Of a stretch of DNA of 33,788 nt, positions 30,281 to 33,788 are shown one piece after another. Source of the DNA: an uncultured Chloroflexia bacterium (lineage in GTDB: Bacteria; Chloroflexota; UBA6077; JACCZL01). The position numbers and the translations under genes are program-made. The stretch covers positions 1 through 33,788 of the forward strand of contig CAVXYC010000008.1 of assembly GCA_963765765.1 (NCBI GenBank). The letters are read 5' to 3'. The notes under the pieces are model-generated. The model did not search any database and had not been told where the DNA came from. It saw nothing but the letters and a program-made list of their open reading frames with translations. How positions within the stretch are numbered: the first letter of the stretch is position 1; each line of letters opens with the position of its first letter.

Positions 30281-31583
30281 TTAGTCGCGTCCGCGCGGCG
30301 GTGCCGGTCGATGCGAAGCGAGCGCAGCGGCGGCGCCAATTGCCGCCAGCACGGCGAAGACGAGCGCGACTGATGAATAGCTGTTCGTCAAATCGTATCC
30401 TAGTCCGCCAATGACTGGACCGCTCGCGCTTGCGCCAATGACGAACGGGCGAGAAAGTCCTCGAATCCCGCCGACTGAGCGTCTCCCAAAGTAGTCGGCC
30501 CAGACCAGCGCATCGAGCGCCCTCCTTGCCACCATTGGCAACTCCGTACACGAGAGAGAACATGAGTGCAGGAACGTCCCAGTGAATGTGGGGCACGACG
30601 AGTGCTGACAGGGACATCAAGCCAAATGAAAAGGCGAGCGCTCTATTGGAGGGCACGCGCTCGGCCAGCCGCCCCCAGCCAATGCTGCCGATTGCCCAGG
30701 TCAGTCCGTAGAAACTAACGGCAAGCGCTGCTACGGAGGCCGAGACCCCATTCGATTCGAGCAGTGCTGCCTGGTGGATGGTAAGTCCAGAGATCGACGC
30801 CTGTCCTAGCGCATTGGCGATGACTAGCAGCCAGAACGCTCTGGAATGCGCCGCTTGATTCACGGTCCATGCCGGATCCTTTGACGCGCTGACCTCCGTC
30901 GCGCGAAATTGCCGCGCAGGGTCACCGTCAGGCAGAAGTCCCATGTCCTCCGGCTTGCGTCGCAGGAAAATGGCCGCTGAAACTGCCAGAAGTAGCCCAG
31001 TGCCTCCGCCAAGAATGAGCCAGGCTGATCGCCAACCGGTTGTGGTGATGATGGACTGTGCGACCGGGACAAGGAGCACAACGCCAACGGCATTACCGGC
31101 CATGGCGATGCCCAACGCGCGGCCGCGTTGCCGAACGAACCAGTTGGACACCGACGTACTGACGGCAACGTTTAGCGCACCCATGTCTATGGCACGGGCC
31201 AGTCCAAAGGCGATGAGAAAGGGAATCGGCTCGGTCACCGTGGACACGACGCTCAATGATGCGCCAATTCCCAGACCGCAGAGTGTGAGCACTAATCGCG
31301 CACCAAATCGGTCAGCCAAGGAACCGAAGAACGGGGCCACGAGCGCTCCCGTCAGCGTGCCCACGCTCAAACCAGCAGCGAGTAGCGTACGTGGCCACTC
31401 GAGGTCGCGCGCCATGGGCTGGAGAAAGATTGAGAAGCCAGCGCCACCTGTAAATGTGGCGGCAAACATGGCCGTGACGCCTACGGAAACAACAACCCAG
31501 CCGTAGAAGAGCATGGGTGCTCGAGGCTCGGCGGATGGGAAGCTCACGACGGGATTGTTGGAGACGGGTTCGTCAACTGTCAA
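30281..31583 (-). CDS. MFS transporter (OFA/MCT-like), frameshift near 30520
   Basis: FYGWVVV, GSLADRFGAR, WFVRQRGRALG and GWRSAW motifs. The last helices (ADYFGRRS...GLGYDLT) are in a second frame. Confidence 0.9.
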
Positions 31584-31615
31584 CCGTATACTTGCCAGAC
31601 GGAAGGATCGGAATT

Positions 31616-32591
31616 GTGAGTGGATCGCAGGTCCACGCCGTGGTCGGAATTGACTTGGGCGGCACGAAGATTGCCGCCGCGGTCGTCACCGCCGATGGCG
31701 CGCTGCATGAGCGCGAGCTCGTGCCCACCGAAGCAGACGGAGGACGAGATCACGTCATTGCCCGGCTGGTAGATGTCGTGATCTCGCTTAAGGGACGCAC
31801 CTCGTACACCGTGGAAGCGATTGGCATTGGTGCTCCTGCGCCTCTAAGCCCATCTCAGGGCATCATCTGGGAAGCTCCCAATATGCCGGGGTGGGAGCGA
31901 GCGCCCATCAAGGCGCTCCTGCAAGCTCAGCTCGGGCTGCCTGTTGCGCTCGAGAACGATGCACGCGCCGCCGCGTTGGCTGAGGCTCGCGTAGGCGCTG
32001 GGCGGGGTGCGTCCAGCATGCTTTATGTCACCGTTGGGACGGGCATAGGCGGCGGGTTGCTTCAAAACGGCCGGCTGCTCCGGGGGGCCTCTGAGACCGC
32101 GGGCGAGGTGGGACATATAGTGATGAACCCGGATGGCCCTCTTTGTGGCTGTGGCAACTACGGCTGCCTCGAGCAGTACGCCGCGGGCCCGGCGATTGAG
32201 AGGCGCGCGGCTGAGCTGCTGCGCGACGGTGCCGCAAGTCAGCTCCGCGGAATTCCCGCGGAACCGCCTCACGGGGGAGCGGGTGGCTGAGGCCGCCAGA
32301 GACGGTGACCCCGTGGGACTACGAGCCTTTCAGGAAGCTGGAACCTGGCTTGGTGCGGGGATTGCATCAATGGTCAACGTATTCAATCCTGAAGTCGTTG
32401 TCGTTGGTGGAGGGGTTTCCCAGACTGGTGAGCTACTGATGAGCTCAGTACGCAGCAGTGTGCGACACCACAGTCTGAGTCGGCCCTTTGACATTCTGAG
32501 TATCAAGCTGGCAATGCTTGGGACCGACGCGGGCATCCTGGGTGCTGGCATGGCGGCGTTGGATACCCTGGTTGTGGAGGCCGGGCCGTAA
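31616..32591 (+). CDS. ROK family sugar kinase (glucokinase-like), frameshift near 32275
   Basis: GIDLGGT, ENDA, GTGIGGG, GEVGH and CGCGNYGCLE motifs. NPEVVVVGGG...DAGILGA follows in the next frame. Confidence 0.92.
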
Positions 32592-32722
32592 GGCCCAGGC
32601 CACAATTCGAAGCAGTCACGGCGGACTCTAGACGCTACGCTTGCGCCGTTCACTGTAATAGAATATGCGCGTGAGAGGGGGGCGCCTCCCTTGTTAGGCG
32701 ATTGGTCGCAGGAGGATGGACA

Positions 32723-33013
32723 ATGACTTACGTAATCGCTGAGCCGTGTGTCGATGTAAAGAACAAGTCTTGCGTCGACGTGTGCCCAGTGTCTTGTATC
32801 TACATTGAGGACGAGGCTGCCGACCGCACGCTCTTCATCAATCCAGATGAGTGCATCGAGTGCGGCGCATGCGAGCCAGAATGTCCGGTGAGTGCCATCT
32901 TCCACGATAGCGCCATCCCGGCTGAGTGGGCCGAGTACACGGATCTCAACCGCGAGTGGTTCGAAGACAAAGAGAAAGTCCGGGCTCGCATCAACGAGAT
33001 GAAGCCCGCGTAG
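32723..33013 (+). CDS. 7Fe-type ferredoxin (FdxA-like)
   Basis: MTYVIAEPC-x7-C-x3-CP and CIECGACEPECP motifs. AGGAGG RBS. Confidence 0.94.
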   Translation: MTYVIAEPCVDVKNKSCVDVCPVSCIYIEDEAADRTLFINPDECIECGACEPECPVSAIFHDSAIPAEWAEYTDLNREWFEDKEKVRARINEMKPA

Positions 33014-33034
33014 CTTTCATCATTCTAGTAATCT

Positions 33035-33070
33035 AAAAGATGGACGGCGCCACGGCGCCGTCCTTCTTTT
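33035..33070. terminator. Bidirectional intrinsic terminator
   Basis: AAAAGA-T-GGACGGCGCC-AC-GGCGCCGTCC-T-TCTTTT. Confidence 0.8.
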
Positions 33071-33093
33071 GTTGTGCTGGCGTGAAGCGCCGA

Positions 33094-33676
33094 CTAGTTG
33101 GGAAGGTCGAGCGGGGTGGCCTGCTTATCCTGCTTCTCCGCTGTGAGCACGATGTACGCCAGGCTCTCCACCACGGCGTCTCGCAGCCTGCGCAGGTAAT
33201 CCAGTTGTGATCCTCGCGGTTCGGCGCCTACTGTCCAGGTCGCGATACCCACGAGCAACGCGATGCCACAGTCATCAGCGTACCCCGCTGACCTGAAGGT
33301 CTGGACGGATCCCCAGCACCCCAGGCGCGGGTTCAAGTCTCCATCGGGGCGTCGCTGCGGCGCGTAATAATCGACCACCGTTTCAGTGATACGGGTCGTG
33401 AGGTAGGACCACGCGTGCGAGCAATGCGGCTCTCGTAGGCCCAGGTCGGCGCAAGTGACGAGCGTATCGTCCATTAGCGCCCACACATGAACGAGCTCCG
33501 TATCAGGCTCCAAGGGGACACGTTGGTTGATGGGACCGACGCGAACCGTAAATGTGCGACCGCCGATCCGTACGCGCTGCGAAACGGCGAATTGCGGAGA
33601 ATACGGCAGCGGATACCTGCCGGCCCTCCGTGGCGGGGCGGTATGCGTGAAGTGACTCTGAGTCAGAGAACGACAT
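33094..33676 (-). CDS. Hypothetical protein (probably longer than the called ORF 33094-33513)
   Basis: The frame stays open about 50 codons upstream of TTG 33513, and an ATG at 33676 joins it with one indel. It ends at the shared terminator. No motif recognised. Confidence 0.55.
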
Positions 33677-33788
33677 AGTGAAAGTGTACTTAGGGATTAA
33701 TTGAGCCGAGGAAGTAGAGGCGCAACGTCAAGCTAGTAATCGCGCTCGCCGCTGCGAATATTTGCGATTGGCGTTACGATATGGTCCA

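Noticed and set aside
33712-33788. GAAGTAGAGGCGCAACGTCAAGCTAGTA resembles the 5' end of a lysine riboswitch and a stem can be drawn
   Set aside because: The GAAAGG partner strand of the loop E motif is missing and the window ends, so it cannot be supported.
1-33788. CRISPR array, tRNA or rRNA
   Set aside because: No regularly spaced repeats or recognisable RNA gene signatures were seen.

Overview
GC-rich bacterial chromosomal region, probably from a Chloroflexota genome (inferred from the Pro/Ala-linker lipoprotein, the paralogous phthalate-dioxygenase-type Rieske enzymes and the amidohydrolase/class II aldolase set). Many otherwise intact genes carry single-base frameshifts, which suggests an unpolished long-read assembly. 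From left to right: an ABC import and catabolic operon (amidohydrolase, ATPase, SDR, binding lipoprotein, permease, second ATPase); an ISKra4-like IS with an adjacent internally deleted relative; a five-gene pterin cluster (biopterin-type PTPS, folE, SDR, GT4 glycosyltransferase, pterin-4a-carbinolamine dehydratase); Hsp20; DUF72; an O-antigen-ligase-like TPR protein; a class II aldolase; an orphan ABC ATPase; two close Rieske oxygenase paralogs separated by a third ISKra4-like element; a zinc-ribbon/cyclase/AAA/TPR protein; a secreted two-repeat His-containing protein; acyl-CoA dehydrogenase; MFS transporter; ROK kinase; 7Fe ferredoxin; and a hypothetical protein. The best candidate for an undescribed system is the pterin cluster at 9364-12690, which looks like a compact pathway for making, glycosylating and recycling a tetrahydrobiopterin-type cofactor, with no pterin-dependent client enzyme in view.
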